Assembly (NCBI GenBank): GCA_002269645.1
Contig: NIVC01001358.1
Coordinates: 5,580-69,579, forward strand
DNA from: Macrostomum lignano
Taxonomy: Eukaryota
DNA length: 64,000 bases
Reading direction: 5' to 3'
Shown: piece after piece, positions 47,373 through 62,300 of the stretch
How the letters are laid out: every line of letters begins with the position of its first letter
Numbering within the stretch: position 1 is the stretch's first letter
Translations under genes and position numbers: made by a program
Notes under the pieces: generated by a model
Told to the model about the DNA's origin: nothing
What the model saw: the letters and a program-made list of their open reading frames with translations, nothing else
Database searches by the model: none

Positions 47373-50300
47373 ATGCTGAATAGATCACTGAATCACTGAA
47401 ATCACTGAATCGCCAAACCCGCTCACTGTTTAGTGGCATCTTATTTTCGATGCGGGCAGTCGCCTCTCCTCCCGTCGGTGGCCCAGCTGACAGCGGCGGC
47501 GGCGGCGGTGGTGGAGGAGGAGGAGGAGGAGGTGCCGAAGAAGGTCGGTTTTTCGCGCCAGCGGCGCCCAGCAACAACACGGTGAAGCTGGTGCGCATCA
47601 CGGACGTGCTCAACCACATGCTGAGCAGCAGCCGCTACGACAGCAACCTGCGGCCTGGCCTGGACATCAGAGAGAACAATGTCACCGGGGAGAAGGAGGT
47701 GGTCGGTGAGTCACTTCGGGGATGACAATGACTGATTGATGATCAGCTGTGATTGAATTGGTGACTGATTGATGATCAGCTGTGATTGAATTGATGACTG
47801 ATTGATGATCAGCTGTGATTGAATTGGTGATTGATTGATGATCAGCTGTGATTGAATTGGTGATTGATTGATGATCAGCTGTGATTGAATTGGTGACTGA
47901 TTGATGATCAGCTGTGATTGAATTGGTGACTGATTGATGATCAGCTGTGATTGAATTGGTGACTGATTGATGATCAGCTGTGATTGAATTGGTGATTGAT
48001 TGATGATCAGCTGTGATTGAATTGGTGATTGATTGATGATCAGCTGTGATTGAATTGGTGACTGATTGATGATCAGCTGTGATTGAATTGGTGACTGATT
48101 GATGATCAGCTGTGATTGAATTGGTGACTGATTGATGATCAGCTGTGATTGAATTGGTGACTGATTGATGATCAGCTGTGATTGAATTGGTGATTGATTG
48201 ATGATCAGCTGTGATTGAATTGGTGACTGATTGATGATCAGCTGTGATTGAATTGGTGATTGATTGATGATCAGCTGTGATTGAATTGGTGACTGATTGA
48301 TGATCAGCTGTGATTGAATTGGTGATTGATTGATGATCAGCTGTGATTGAATTGGTGATTGATTGATGATCAGCTGTGATTGAATTGATTACTGATTCGT
48401 GATTGGCTGTGATTTAATCAATGATTTAATTATGAAATATGAATATCAGTAAACTGATTAGGGATTGCGGTCACCAAATCCTTGCTGCCCCCAATCAGCT
48501 GAAATCGCATTCCGTCAGCTCATCAAACCTATCAAAAGAACAAAAGGCATGGCAATTCCCCTAATTGGCGCATTGTTCAAACCGACAATATGAGTCAGCG
48601 CGCACCGTCCCCAGATTAAAGGATTTTGGGAGATGTGACCAAGCTAAATAATTATCGTGATTGAGTTTTGGTTCGTCAGTAAGGTTTGCGTGACATCTCG
48701 ACAAGCCGTCCGCAGTCCCAAGAGTAGCTGAGGAGGTCAGTGCAGCAGATTGAGCTATTGGAATCGCAGAGAACGGCTGCACCTAGATGAAGCTCACTTT
48801 GTCAGCCGGCAGTCACTTCAGAAAAATGCCTATGAGAACAATGCTCCTTGTTTCGTGGAAAACACTTTCTCACAAAGTGCGAAAGGACCAAAAGTTCACA
48901 GATTGGGAGACTTTGAGACCAGCTAATGATAAAGGATATCTGTACTCTAGCACAGGGATATCTGTACTCTAGCACAGGGATATCTGTACTCTAGCACAGG
49001 GATATCTGTACTCTAGCACAGGGATATCTGTACTCTAGCACAGGGATATCTGTACTCTAGCACAGGGATATCTGTACTCTAGCACAGGGATATCTGTACT
49101 CTAGCACAGGGATATCTGTACACTAGCACAGGGATATCTGTACACTAGCACAGGGATATCTGTACACTAACACAGGGATATCTGTACACTAGCACAGGGA
49201 TATCTGTACACTAACAAAGGGATATCTGTACACTAGCACAGGGATATCTGTACACTAGCACAGGGATATCTGTACACTAGCACAGGGATATCTGTACACT
49301 AGCACAGGGATATCTGTACACTAGCACAGGGATATCTGTACACTAGCACAGGGATATCTGTACACTAACGCAGGGATATCTGTACACTAGCACCAATATT
49401 TATATCCCTATTTAGCTCGCATCAGCTGAGTCCCAATGCAATAAGCTGGTACCACTCATCCTTTATTCACACACAAAGCTATTTAAGAAGCAATAACTGA
49501 TCACTCGTGCTTAGGAATTAATGACTCTGTATTGGCTTCCAGACTTCCTACTCGTAGGAATTTCTCTCAGAGATTTCAAACGGACTTTCGACAAAAAATG
49601 TGAGCTTAGAAAAATATGCCTGATTAGCAGCAAAGAAAATCGAAAGAAGAGTCAGTGAAAGAAGAGAGATAGTAGGGAAGGGAGAACTGGAAAGATATAG
49701 GAGGGAGACGGAGAGATGGAAGAGGGGAGATGGGAGAGGGGGGAGAGGGGGAGATGGGAGAAGGAGAGATTCTTCTCCCATGGTGGGAGAGGAGTGAAAA
49801 AGGGGAAACGGAGAAGGGAGATGGAGAAGGTGGAAGAAAGAGAGAAGGAGAGCCAGCATCATCAAGTGAATAAGCAGAGACTCCGTGAAACTGAAAAAAG
49901 CTCACAGCAAATCATATATTATTATCAAATATGAATAGGTGCTCAGCAGCGGCTCAATGCTCAATGCATCCTAATTATAGCGGTAGCCGCCAAATCCCAC
50001 TCAGATCACTCCCCAGCCGCGGTGAGGTGGTGCACCCTTCCGGAGCTTAGCAATCGAGCTGCTTGGGACGACTTTTTCCGGTTCTGGGAAAAGCTCTGGC
50101 AGAAATTCCTCAGTCGAGGGGGGGTGTTGGGGATAAATTCTTCATCAAGTGCGCTTCGAAGGGAAGCTGGTCAGGGATTAGCATATCTGATTATGATGAT
50201 GACCAAGTCTGCAGCGTAATCCTGCCCGAGGCTCCCACATGCAACATGTCTGCCTTCCACTCCCCCCGGCAGCTGCTAGCGGCCCAAGAGAGGGAAGGAG

Positions 50301-53300
50301 GGGTGGGGAGAATTTATTGGCTGATGGTGCAAATTTGTTTGGCAACACTCCCTGCTGGCAGTTGCTGGCAGGGGGGGGGGCAGCAGTTATTGACGGACTG
50401 TCAGTTGCAATATTGCACGGCTAGGCGGAAACTTGAAGTTTGCGAGCCTTACTGTGGGGTGTGAGACTGCCTGCTCGGGGTAGCTGACTTGGAGAAGTAG
50501 TGCGAAAATTATGGATGCGGGCTATACAATATTATCATTGCATGTTGATGCGTCAGATATCAGATGGTGTCTGTCAGACCATAGGTATCAGACGGTGGGT
50601 GTCAGATGTCAGATGGTGTCTGTCAGACCATAGATGTCAGACGGTAGATGATGTCTGTCAAACCGTAGATGTCAGACGGTAGATGTTAGATTCAGATCAG
50701 ATGGTAGATGTCAGATGGTGTTTATCAGACCATAGATGTCAGACGGTAGATGTCAGAAGGTAGATGTCAGAAGGTAGATTTCAGATGTCAGATGGTAGAT
50801 GTGAGATAGTAGATGTCAGTGAGTAGATTGTACATGTAGATGTCAGAAGGTAGATTTCAGGTATCAGATGGTAGATGTGAGATAGTAGATGTCAGTGAGT
50901 AGATTGTGCATGTAGATGCCGGGTGGTAGATTGTAGATGTCAGATGATGTTTGTCAGACCGTAGATGTGAGGTGGTAGATAGTAGATGTCAGGTGGTAGA
51001 TTGTAAATGTCAGATGATGTTTGTCAGACCGTAGATGTGAGGTGGTAGATAGTAGATGTCAGGTGGTAGATTGTAAATGTCAGATGGTGTTTGTCAGACC
51101 GTAGATGTGAGGTGGTAGATAGTAGATGTCAGGTGGTAGATTGTAGATGTCAGATGATGTTTGTCAGACCGTAGATGTGAGGTGGTAGATAGTAGATGTC
51201 AGGTGGTAGATTGTAAATGTCAGATGATGTTTGTCAGACCGTAGATGTCAGGTGGTAGATAGTAGATGTCAGGTGATAGATTTTAGATGTCAGATGATGT
51301 TTGTCAGACCGTAGATGTGAGGTGGTAGATAGTAGATGTCAGGTGGTAGATAGTAGATGTCAGGTGGTAGATAGTAGATGTCAGATGGTAGATAGTAGAT
51401 GTCAGGTGGTAGATAGTAGATGTCAGGTGGTAGATAGTAGATGTCAGGTGGTAGATAGTAGATGTCAGGTGGTAGATAGTAGATGTCAGGTGGTAGATGA
51501 AAAGTTGTCTGTGACAGGGCGCAGAGGTCTTTGTCGCGGAGGCATATTAAGACATAAACAGCATTTTAGGTAAACAATGTCAGCGGCTTTGCAACCCGAC
51601 CTGACTGCCGAAAATGCGACGCAAAAGCAGCAATAGATAAATGCAATAAAATCTGCGTGGATTCTTGCTGCGCGAAAGCACTTTTCCTCTCAATTTTATC
51701 TGGCGCGATAAGACCGCGCTGGCACCCAATGCATTCAATTCGGTCCATTCATAATTTAATGGTGGAAAAAACTGCCAACGGGCAAAATGCCCCATAGATA
51801 GGGGGCCCCAGAGACAGGGGAAAACAAGTGCACTTGTTTCGGGCTCGTCTGCCACCGCCCGGCGCCGCCGCCAGCCCATGGGCGCGGCATCGGACGCAGC
51901 ACGCAAATTGAGCGAAACGAAAGAAGAGCCAGAACCAGAAGGTCAGCGGGCGCTGCGGTAGGGAGCGGCAGGAGCCCCTGAGTGCCTTTTCTTCGCCAAA
52001 ATAGACTGGGCAAAGGGGGAAATGGGAGGAGAGAGAGAGAGTGGGAGCATGAGTGAGAGGCCGAGGTCGAGCAACGGGAAATCCGGAAGAAGGCAGTCGA
52101 GAAGGGAGGAGAAGGCGGCGCGGAGAGCTAAAAGAAGATTGAGAGCTGCTTTGGATTGCTGCATTTTGAAAAAAAGTCAATCACACAACGGGGGGCTCGG
52201 GTCACGCTCGGTTGTCGGTTCTGTGTTGGTCGATTTTGTGTTGGTCAGGGATTTCGCTGCTGGCTGCTGAGAAGCTTCCATTCGGACACTGAACTGCTCT
52301 CAGAGCTTCTCTGCGTCAGGCTGCTTTTAGCTGGCTGAGGTGGCTGAGGTGGCTGAGGTAGATGAGGTGGCTGAGGTAGATGAGGTGGCTGAGGTAGATG
52401 AGGTGGCTGAGGTAGATGAGGTGGCTGAGGTAGATGAGGTGGCTGAGGTAGATGAGGTGGCTGAGGTGGCTGAGGTAGATGAGGTGGCTGAGGTAGATGA
52501 GGTGGCTGAGGTAGATGAGGTGGCTAAGGTAGATGAGGTGGCTGAGGTAGATGAGGTGGCTGCGGTAGATGAGGTGGCTGCGGTAGATGAGGTGGCTGAG
52601 GTGGCTGAGGTGGCTGAGGTAGATGAGGTGGCTGAGGTAGATGCAGTACCTGAGGTAGATGAGGTGGCTTAGGTAGATGAGGTGGCTGCGGTAGATGAGG
52701 TGGCTGAGGTAGATGAGGTGGCTGAGGTGGCTGAGGTGGCTGAGGTAGATGAGGTGGCTCAGGTGGCTGAGGTGGCTGAGGTAGATGAGGTGGCTGAGGT
52801 GGCTGAGGTGGCTGAGGTAGATGAGGTGGCTGAGGTAGATGAGGTGGCTGAGGTGGCTGAGGTGGCTGAGGTAGATGAGGTGGCTGAGGTAGATGAGGTG
52901 GCGGCGGTAGATGAGGTGGCTGAGGTAGATGCAGTACCTGAGGTAGATGCATTACCTGAGGTAGATGCAGTACCTGAGGTAGCTGCAGTACCTGAGGTAG
53001 CTGCAGTACCTTAGGTAGCTGCAGTACCTGAGGTAGATGCAGTACCTGAGGTAGATGCAGTACCTGAGGTAGATGCAGTACCTGAGGTAGATGCAGTACC
53101 TGAGGTAGATGCAGTACCTGAGGTAGATGCAGTACCTGAGGTAGATGCAGTACCTGAGGTAGATGCAGTACCTGAGGTAGATGCAGTACCTGAGGTAGAT
53201 GCAGTACCTGAGGTAGATGCAGTACCTGAGGTAGATGCAGTACCTGAGGTAGATGCAGTACCTGAGGTAGATGCAGTACCTGAGGTAGATGCAGTACCTG

Positions 53301-56300
53301 AGGTAGATGCAGTACCTGAGGTAGATGCAGTACCTGAGGTAGATGCAGTACCTGAGGTAGATGCAGTACCTGAGGTAGATGCAGTACCTGAGGTAGATGC
53401 AGTACCTGAGGTAGATGCAGTACCTGAGGTAGATGCAGTACCTGAGGTAGATGCAGTACCTGAGGTAGATGCAGTACCTGAGGTAGATGCAGTACCTGAG
53501 GTAGATGCAGTACCTGAGGTAGATGCAGTACCTGAGGTAGATGCAGTACCTGAGGTAGATGCAGTACCTGAGGTAGATGCAGTACCTGAGGTAGATGCAG
53601 TACCTGAGGTAGATGCAGTACCTGAGGTAGATGCAGTACCTGAGGTAGATGCAGTACCTGAGGTAGATGCAGTACCTGAGGTAGATGCAGTACCTGAGGT
53701 AGATGCAGTACCTGAGGTAGATGCAGTACCTGAGGTAGATGCAGTACCTGAGGTAGATGCATTACCTGAGATTGCATCGCAGAAAACCGGACCTTAGGAG
53801 GTTAAAACTGTCCCAAAATCGCATTAGCGGCTGTGCCCAAACTACTGACTTCAAAATTCCATTCTTAATGCGTGAGAAGTCGCGCAGAGGCTGACGGGTC
53901 ATTTACGATGAGGGGGGAGGCGGTGGGAATTCGCGGAATTGGCGGAGACAACGCTTTTAAGGGGCTGCTGGCAGGCAGACAGGAGGACACTTGGGAATGC
54001 GGCCATAATCTCATAAAAGCGAATGACTTGGGCAGTGGCAAGACTCGACTGACAGGGGGGGGACACCAGGAGAGAAGAAGGGGTATAAGAACAGGCAAAA
54101 AAGTCCTTGAAGGTTGCCAAAGCCGAAAGTTGCAAAATCTTTCGGCTGAAAGCGAGAAAAACTGTCGGCTGGATATGTAGATTGGGCGGCAGATTCAATT
54201 TGGCTCAACGGAGATGGGGCTCGGTTCACTGCGTTGCCGCGGCCTCAACTGCTCCTCGCATTCTCTCTCCTTTGGCTTGTCGTGTTTGTCTGGATGGCTC
54301 TGATTTGTGCGGCTTGAGCAGACAGTGGCGATTCTGTCTTGTTCTGACCCTGAGCGTGCCGCTAATAACCCATCCCCATTTCTCTGGGCACCGGCGCGGA
54401 AGCAAGGAGCTAAAGCTGATAAATACTTTGTAAGTAGAAAATGGCTTTTACGAGCTACAAGCAAGTTCGAAAACCGGAAACAGTTCTAACAAAGTTTCTT
54501 GTGAAGTGAAGTGTCTACCAAAGTTAGCTTGTGAAGTGTCTAGGTCGTGAAGTGTCTGGTTTGTGAATCGTCTGGTTTGTGAATCGTCTGGTTTGTGAAT
54601 CGTCTGGTTTGTGAATCGTCTGGTTTGTGAATCGTCTGGTTTGTGAATCGTCTGGTTTGTGAATCGTCTGGTTTGTGAATCGTCTGGTTTGTGAATCGTC
54701 TGGTTTGTGAATCGTCTGGTTTGTGAATCGTCTGGTTTGTGAATCGTCTGGTTTGTGAATCGTCTGGTTTGTGAATCGTCTGGTTTGTGAATCGTCTGGT
54801 TTGTGAATCGTCTGGTTTGTGAATCGTCTGGTTTGTGAATCGTCTGGTTTGTGAATCGTCTGGTTTGTGAATCGTCTGGTTTGTGAATCGTCTGGTTTGT
54901 GAAACGTCTGGTTTGTGAATCGTCTGGTTTGTGAATCGTCTGGTTTGTGAATCGTCTGGTTTGTGAATCGTCTGGTTTGTGAATCGTCTGGTTTGTGAAG
55001 TGTATAGTTTGTGAAGCTATTGAGATAGCTCATTCTTTGTCACCTCGACCCACCTTCCAGACGATGAGCCGGCAGCGGTGGCAATCAACATGCTCATAAA
55101 AAATTTGGGACCCATCGATGAAGAGAATATGGTGAGTTTATGGTGAGCACTGTTAGCAACGATAAATTAACAGGGTTGCGGGTTGAAGGATGCTAATAGT
55201 GTCTAAAGTCCAGACGGACCTATGCATATTCAATAGTTTTATATTATTACAACTGGGAAAGCTGAGAAAGCAACTGCTTTTAATTTGGGATTGGAAATGT
55301 TAGAAGAAATCTACAAAGAAATAAGAATAGGTAGAAATTTGCTTGGCTTATACTAAATTATAGATTAAACTGAACTAGAACCAGTAAGTGAGGCGCAACC
55401 ATGGTTTTATTCACCCGTGGGCGCAGTACTCGTATATTTGTAAGACTTAATAGGGGTGAGTTGGGTGCTGATAGGAAATTGGGTGAAGTTCGTGACAGAG
55501 AAAATATAAAATTGGTCAAATTGAAGAGCCAATCAGAAGGCAGCGAGGGAGAGAGAGATAAGAACAACAAGCGAACTAGAGGGAGAGAAAACGCAGACGA
55601 GGGGTTGGAGGGCGCGACTGAGGAAAGAGATCAGATTGAAGGCCACAGGGAGAGAGATAAAAATAACAAGACTGAACTAGCAGAAAGGGGGAAAACAGAA
55701 TAAACATTCGAGGGGGTGAAGTTCACGACTGAGGAAAGAGGTCAAGTTTAAGAGCCAATCAGAAGGCAGCGAGGGAGAGAGAGATAAGAACAACAAGCGA
55801 ACTAGAGGGAGAGAAAACGCAGACGAGGGGTTGGAGGGCGCGACTGAGGAAGAGATCAGATTGAAGAGCCAATCAGAAGGCCGCGAGGGAAAGAGATAAG
55901 AATAACAAGACCACGAGACAGGAGAGAAACAGAGTATAGAGACCAAAGGCAAATCAAATGAAAAAATGACTAAGAAAGCCGCGACAATGTCAATTAATTA
56001 ATACAAGTACTTTAAAATTATCATACTATACTCAGCAACAGCTAACCCCCCCCCCCAACTCACGCTGTCACGCGGCACAAAAATGAATGTCTTTAATGGC
56101 TAGTTTTAGTATCGTGTGTAGGAACCGCGAGCATACAAAAGTGCGGTCACTCGGCGAGTCGGCGTGGCATCCTGATCACCAGCCGGTTGATGAACTTTAG
56201 GGCAGCTGCTGCCATCCATTCAGAACCGCCTGTCCCAGACATGCTCGATGGAGTTCATGTCTGGAGACTTTGACGGCCAGTTCAATGTGCGAATGCCATT

Positions 56301-59300
56301 GCAACATGGTTTACATTGATGGGGGTTAGTTTTCGCTGAGTATTAACCATTTTATGATACGGGCAACTGTAATTTATTATGCTGTACGACTCTCTGCCGT
56401 ATTGACTGACAGCTAAGCTAATCCACTGCCATAAAAATTTTAGCTTGATAATCGATTAAATAAGATCGTCTTGACCCGTAGAAACCACCGACTAAGCCAT
56501 ACTAAGCAATCGATTGAGCAGGTAGATTCGCATCAAAACATAAATCCGCGGCAACTTCCAGATGTACGCCATGGAAATCTACTTCCGCCAGTCCTGGGTG
56601 GATAATCGGCTCCGGTTCGACGCGGATTTTGTCAACCAGGACGAAATCAAAGTTAGCATTAGTACGCTAGACAAGATCTGGCGGCCGGACACGTACTTTT
56701 TCAATGGCAAGGGCTCCAAGCTGCACGTGATTACCACGCCAAACAAGCTGCTAAGGATTCAGGCGGATGGCACCGTGTTCTTCTCTATGCGGTAGGCTTG
56801 CTAATTGCTATTTATTGGCATCGGGTGGAGAGGGTTGAAATGAATGACTTTACTACTATGTACATTCAGTGATGTACATTACCAAGATTCAAGAAAGGTT
56901 AAGGGCAGAAGGGATGTATGTATATTTATGCCGGGGGAAAGGAAAGAAAGGAAGCGGGGAATTGAGACTTCACAATGTACATCAATATTCTCTACACAAT
57001 ATAGAGCAGGGATTTGGCAAAACATTTTTCCTCAAGGGCCAGATGAGCGAGTTAAAGAAATGAGAGGGAATAGATGAGACATGAGAGAGAGAGAAGAGAT
57101 AAGAAAGAAGACAAGAGGAGAAGAGGGAAGAGATGAGAGAAGGGAGAGAGGGAGGAGAAGAAGGGAAAGAGGAGAGAGGAGAGTGGGTAGAGAGGAGAAA
57201 GGGGAGAGAAGAGGGGAGAGAGCAGAGAGGAGAGGGGAGAGAAGAGACACAAACCTTGGGCGGGTCAGATTGCTATTGTGAAGATTCAAAGGATCCGAGG
57301 GCCGGATAGAGAGGCTTGACGGGCCGCATGTGGCCCACAGGCCGGAGTTTCCCAACCCCTGATCCAGAGAATGGAGAACTACAGGAATCCTTACCAAATT
57401 CGACTTAAGCAATTTTTTTTGGCTTTAGCACACTTGATATTTACACGGAGTCAGATACAAGGGTTGCAGTTTTAAAACAAAAATGAAATCAAAACGAGAA
57501 CTCTGATCCTAAAAAATCCGACTGTTACAATTATTTAAAAAACTCTTAAATTCAGTGTTTCAACAAAGGAATGGAAAGATCATGAGCACACACTGCAACT
57601 CACTTGAAGCCTCAATATCCCAAGTAGATTGATTACTGAACCCACGAAAACTCAACCAAACAGTTTGCAGTTTGCTGTGCCTCACCCTGCGGTCTCTGCA
57701 ATGCTATTAACTTCCGATCTGACCTGGGGGGGGGGGGGGGTAACTCTTGACAATAAATTTATAGCAGCTTTTGGCCTTGATTGTCATGCAGTGTGATTTT
57801 TAACGCCACACCTTCGTATAATGAACCGAACAGCTAAGTTTGGGGTAAAAAAGGAACGATTGAAAATGATTGATGGTGTCTAATAAACCAAACACCACCT
57901 CTCAGCCGCTGCCTCCCTCACGGAACGCAAACCTTTGCAGACTGACGATCAAGGCCGTCTGCTTCATGGACTTCAGAAAATTCCCAGTCGACAAGCAGGC
58001 CTGCCCGCTGCTCATTGGCAGTTGTGAGTCAATGCGTCGCTTCCCATTTGTCTATTGACGCATTTTGCAAACTATCTACTATATTCAGTAGCAAGATCAG
58101 GTCATAAGTTTTTATCAGAAAAATCTGATTATTTAAAGTCACGATCACAGTTGCAGACAGGGGGTTACAACCACAATTACTGTTACAGTACCACAGACAG
58201 AGCTGTTAGAGTCACAAACAAGGGATTGTTACAGTTACAGAGTTGTTAGAGTCACAGACAGGACTGCTACAGACAGGAATTACAGTCACAATACCCCTTA
58301 GACAAGAGAATCACAGGAAACCTTTACAAAAGGTTCCCTACCGAACCAACTCCGTAGAAATTCCGAACACAGAGTGTATTTTCACAGAGTTCTAATTACA
58401 CTACTTACAGTACTACGAGTATACCGAGAACCGTGAAAAAAAGGCATTATAAAAAACGATTCCAGACGCGTACGACTCTAAAAACCTGGTCTACGTGTGG
58501 TGGGAAGAGGCCAAGTCCAAGTCGGCGCTGCACCAGATCCCGGCCAATGTGATCAACTCTACTAGCAAGAATCTTGGCGTTGAGGTCACCGCCATGGCTC
58601 AGTTCTTGTTCCGGCCTGAGGGGGTGGCTTTCTCGCACGAACTGTCCAAGCTTGGAAGCGGTAGATACCGGATTTGCATTACATACCGGATTTGCATTAC
58701 ATATCGGTTGCATTACATGTCGGATGCATTACATATCGGATGCATTACATATCGGATGCAATACATATCGGATGCATTACATATCGCATGCATTACATAT
58801 CGGATGCATTACATATCGCATGCATTACATATCGGATGCATTACATATCGCATGCATTACATATCGCATGCATTACATGTCGGATGCATTACATGTCGCA
58901 TACATTACATATCGCATGTATTATTACATATCGCATACATTACATATCGGATGCATTACATATCGGATGCATTACATATCGGATGCATTACATATCGGAT
59001 GCATTACATATCGGATGCATTACATATCGGATGCATTACATATCGCATGCATTACATATCGCATGCGTTACATATCGGATGCATTACATATCGGATGCAT
59101 TACATATCGCATGCATTACATATCGGATGCATTACATATCGGATGCATTACATATCGCATGCATTACATATCGGATGCATTACATATCGCATGCATTACA
59201 TATCGCATGCATTACATATCGCATGCATTACATGTCGGATGCATTACATGTCGCATACATTACATATCGCATGTATTATTACATATCGCATACATTACAT

Positions 59301-62300
59301 ATCGGATGCATTACATATCGGATGCATTACATATCGGATGCATTACATATCGGATGCATTACATATCGGATGCATTACATATCGGATGCATTACATATCG
59401 CATGCATTACATATCGCATGCATTACATATCGGATGCATTACATATCGGATGCATTACATATCGCATGCATTACATATCGGATGCATTACATATCGCATA
59501 CATTACATATCGGATGCATTACATATCGGATGCATTACATTTCGCATACATTACATATCGGATGCATTACATATCGGATGCATTACATATCGGATGCATT
59601 ACATATCGGATGCATTACATATCGGATTCATTACATTAAAAAAATTAAAAAGTCTAGAAGTCGTTGCACTACACCTAGATACGAGTTAGCTGCAACATCA
59701 TGTACACAAAACTTTACAGAAACTCGGGACGTGCTCAGCCTGACAATTCCTCTGGAGCGGATGATCGGTTATTACCTGCTGCAGATCTACCTGCCCTCCT
59801 ACATGACTGTCAGCATGTCCTGGGTCACCTTTTGGATTAATAGAGAGGCCACGCCAGGCAGGGTTACTCTCGGTGAGAACTTCTCAACTTATTAACTGTC
59901 TGGTCTCTTCTGTGCTCAAAATCCGTCTATTGGTTTCTAGTCTTCTCCTGAAGGATCTCACCTCTCTGTCCAGTACTACAATATCCTCTTCCATTCACTG
60001 TCTTCTTTCTTCTCTCAACTATCGCCCACCCTTCCTTCTCTACTGTCTCATACTACCCCTTCTCTACCATTTCATACTCTCCCTTCTCTACCATTTCATA
60101 CTCCCCCTTCTCTACCATTTCATTCTCTCCCTTATCTACCGTTTTATACTCTCCCTTATCTACCATTTCATTCTCTCCCTTATCTACCGTTTTATACTCT
60201 CCCTTATCTACCGTCTCATACTCTCGCTCATCTACCGTATCATACTCTCCCTTATCTACCCTCTCATACTATCCCTTATCTACCCTCTCATACTCTCCCT
60301 TATCTACCGTTTTATACTCTCCCTTATCTACCGTCTCATACTCTCGCTCATCTACCGTATCATACTCTCCCTTATCTACCCTCTCATACTCTCCCTTATC
60401 TACCGTCTCATACTCTCCCTTATCTACCCTCTCATACTCTCCCTTATCTACCGTCTCATACTCTCCCTTATCTACCCTCTCATACTCTCCCTTATCTACC
60501 CTCTCATACTCTCCCTTATCTACCCTCTCATACTCTCCCTTATCTACCGTCTCATACTCTCCCTTATCTACCCTCTCATACTCTCCCTTATCTACCGTCT
60601 CATACTCTCCCTTATCTACCCTCTCATACTCTCCTTATCTACCCTGTCATACTCTCCCTTATCTACCGTTTTATACTCTCCCTTATCTACCGTCTCATAC
60701 TCTCGCTCATCTACCGTATCATACTCTCCCTTATCTACCATCTCATACTCTCCCTTATCTACCCTCTCATACTCTCCCTTATCTACCGTCTCATACTCTC
60801 CCTTATCTACCGTCTTATACTCTCCCTTATCTACCGTCTCATACTCTCCCTTATCTACCGTCTCATACTCTCCCTTATCTACCCTCTCATACTCTCCCTT
60901 ATCTACCGTTTTATACTCTCCCTCATCTACCGTCTCATACTCTCCCTTATCTACCCTCTCATACTCTCCCTTATCTACCGTTTTATACTCTCCCTTATCT
61001 ACCCTCTCATACTCTCCCTTATCTACCGTCTCATACTCTCCCTTATCTACCGTCTTATACTCTCCCTTATCTACCGTCTCATACTCTCCCTTATCTACCG
61101 TCTCATATTCTCCCTTCTCTACCATCTCTCATTCTCCCTTCACTACCATCTCATACTCTCCCTTCTCTACCATCTCTCATTCTCCCTTCACTACCATCTC
61201 ATACTCTCCCTTCTCTACCGTCTCATACTCTCCCTTATCTACCCTCTCATACTCTCCCTTATCTACCCTCTCATACTCTCCCTTATCTACCGTCTCATAC
61301 TCTCCCTTATCTACCTCTCATACTCTCCCTTATCTACCCTGTCATACTCTCCCTTATCTACCGTTTTATACTCTCCCTTATCTACCGTCTCATACTCTCG
61401 CTCATCTACCGTATCATACTCTCCCTTATCTACCCTCTCATACTCTCCCTTATCTACCCTCTCATACTCTCCCTTATCTACCGTTTTATACTCTCCCTTA
61501 TCTACCGTCTCATACTCTCCCTTATCTACCCTCTCATACTCTCCCTTATCTACCGTCTCATACTCTCCCTTATCTACCGTTCATACTCTCCCTCATCTAC
61601 CGTCTCATACTCTCCCTTATCTACCCTCTCATACTCTCCCTTATCTACCGTCTCATACTCTCCCTTATCTACCGTCTCATACTCTCCCTTATCTACCGTC
61701 TCATACTCTCCCTTATCTACCGTCTCATACTCTCCCTTATCTACCTCTCATACTCTCCCTTATCTACCGTCTCATATCTCCCTTCTCTACCGTCTCATAC
61801 TCTCCCTTATCTACCATCTCATACTCTCCCTTCTCTACCGTCTTATACTCTCCCTTATCTACCGTCTCATACTCTCCCTTATCTACCGTCTCATACTCTC
61901 CTTATCTACCGTCTCATATCTCCCTTCTCTACCATCTCTCATTCTCCCTTCACTACCATCTCATACTCTCCCTTCTCTACCGTCTCATACTCTCCCTTAT
62001 CTACCGTCTCATACTCTCCCTTCTCTACCGTCTCTCAGTCTCCATTCACTACCATCTCAAAGTTTCCCTTCTCTACTGTCTCCTACTCTATCGTTCTCTT
62101 TTCCCTCTTTCAAATTGAATTTTCCAAGTGTGTAAGCCTGAAAAATCAATATTGCGCCGCGGCCCGTCCCAGGCATAACCACACTGCTAACGAGCGTCAC
62201 CATCACCCTCACGGGTCGCATCGGCATCCCCAAGGTGCCCTACGCCACGCTCTGGACGTCTTCCTGTTGATCTGCTTCTTCTTTGTGTTCTCGGCTCTGC

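Noticed and set aside
52340-53777. (AEVDEV)n and (LPQVLH)n ORFs, plus other repeat ORFs at 33-36, 41-46, 54.5 and 58.6 kb
   Set aside because: Translations of tandem arrays in introns or intergenic DNA.
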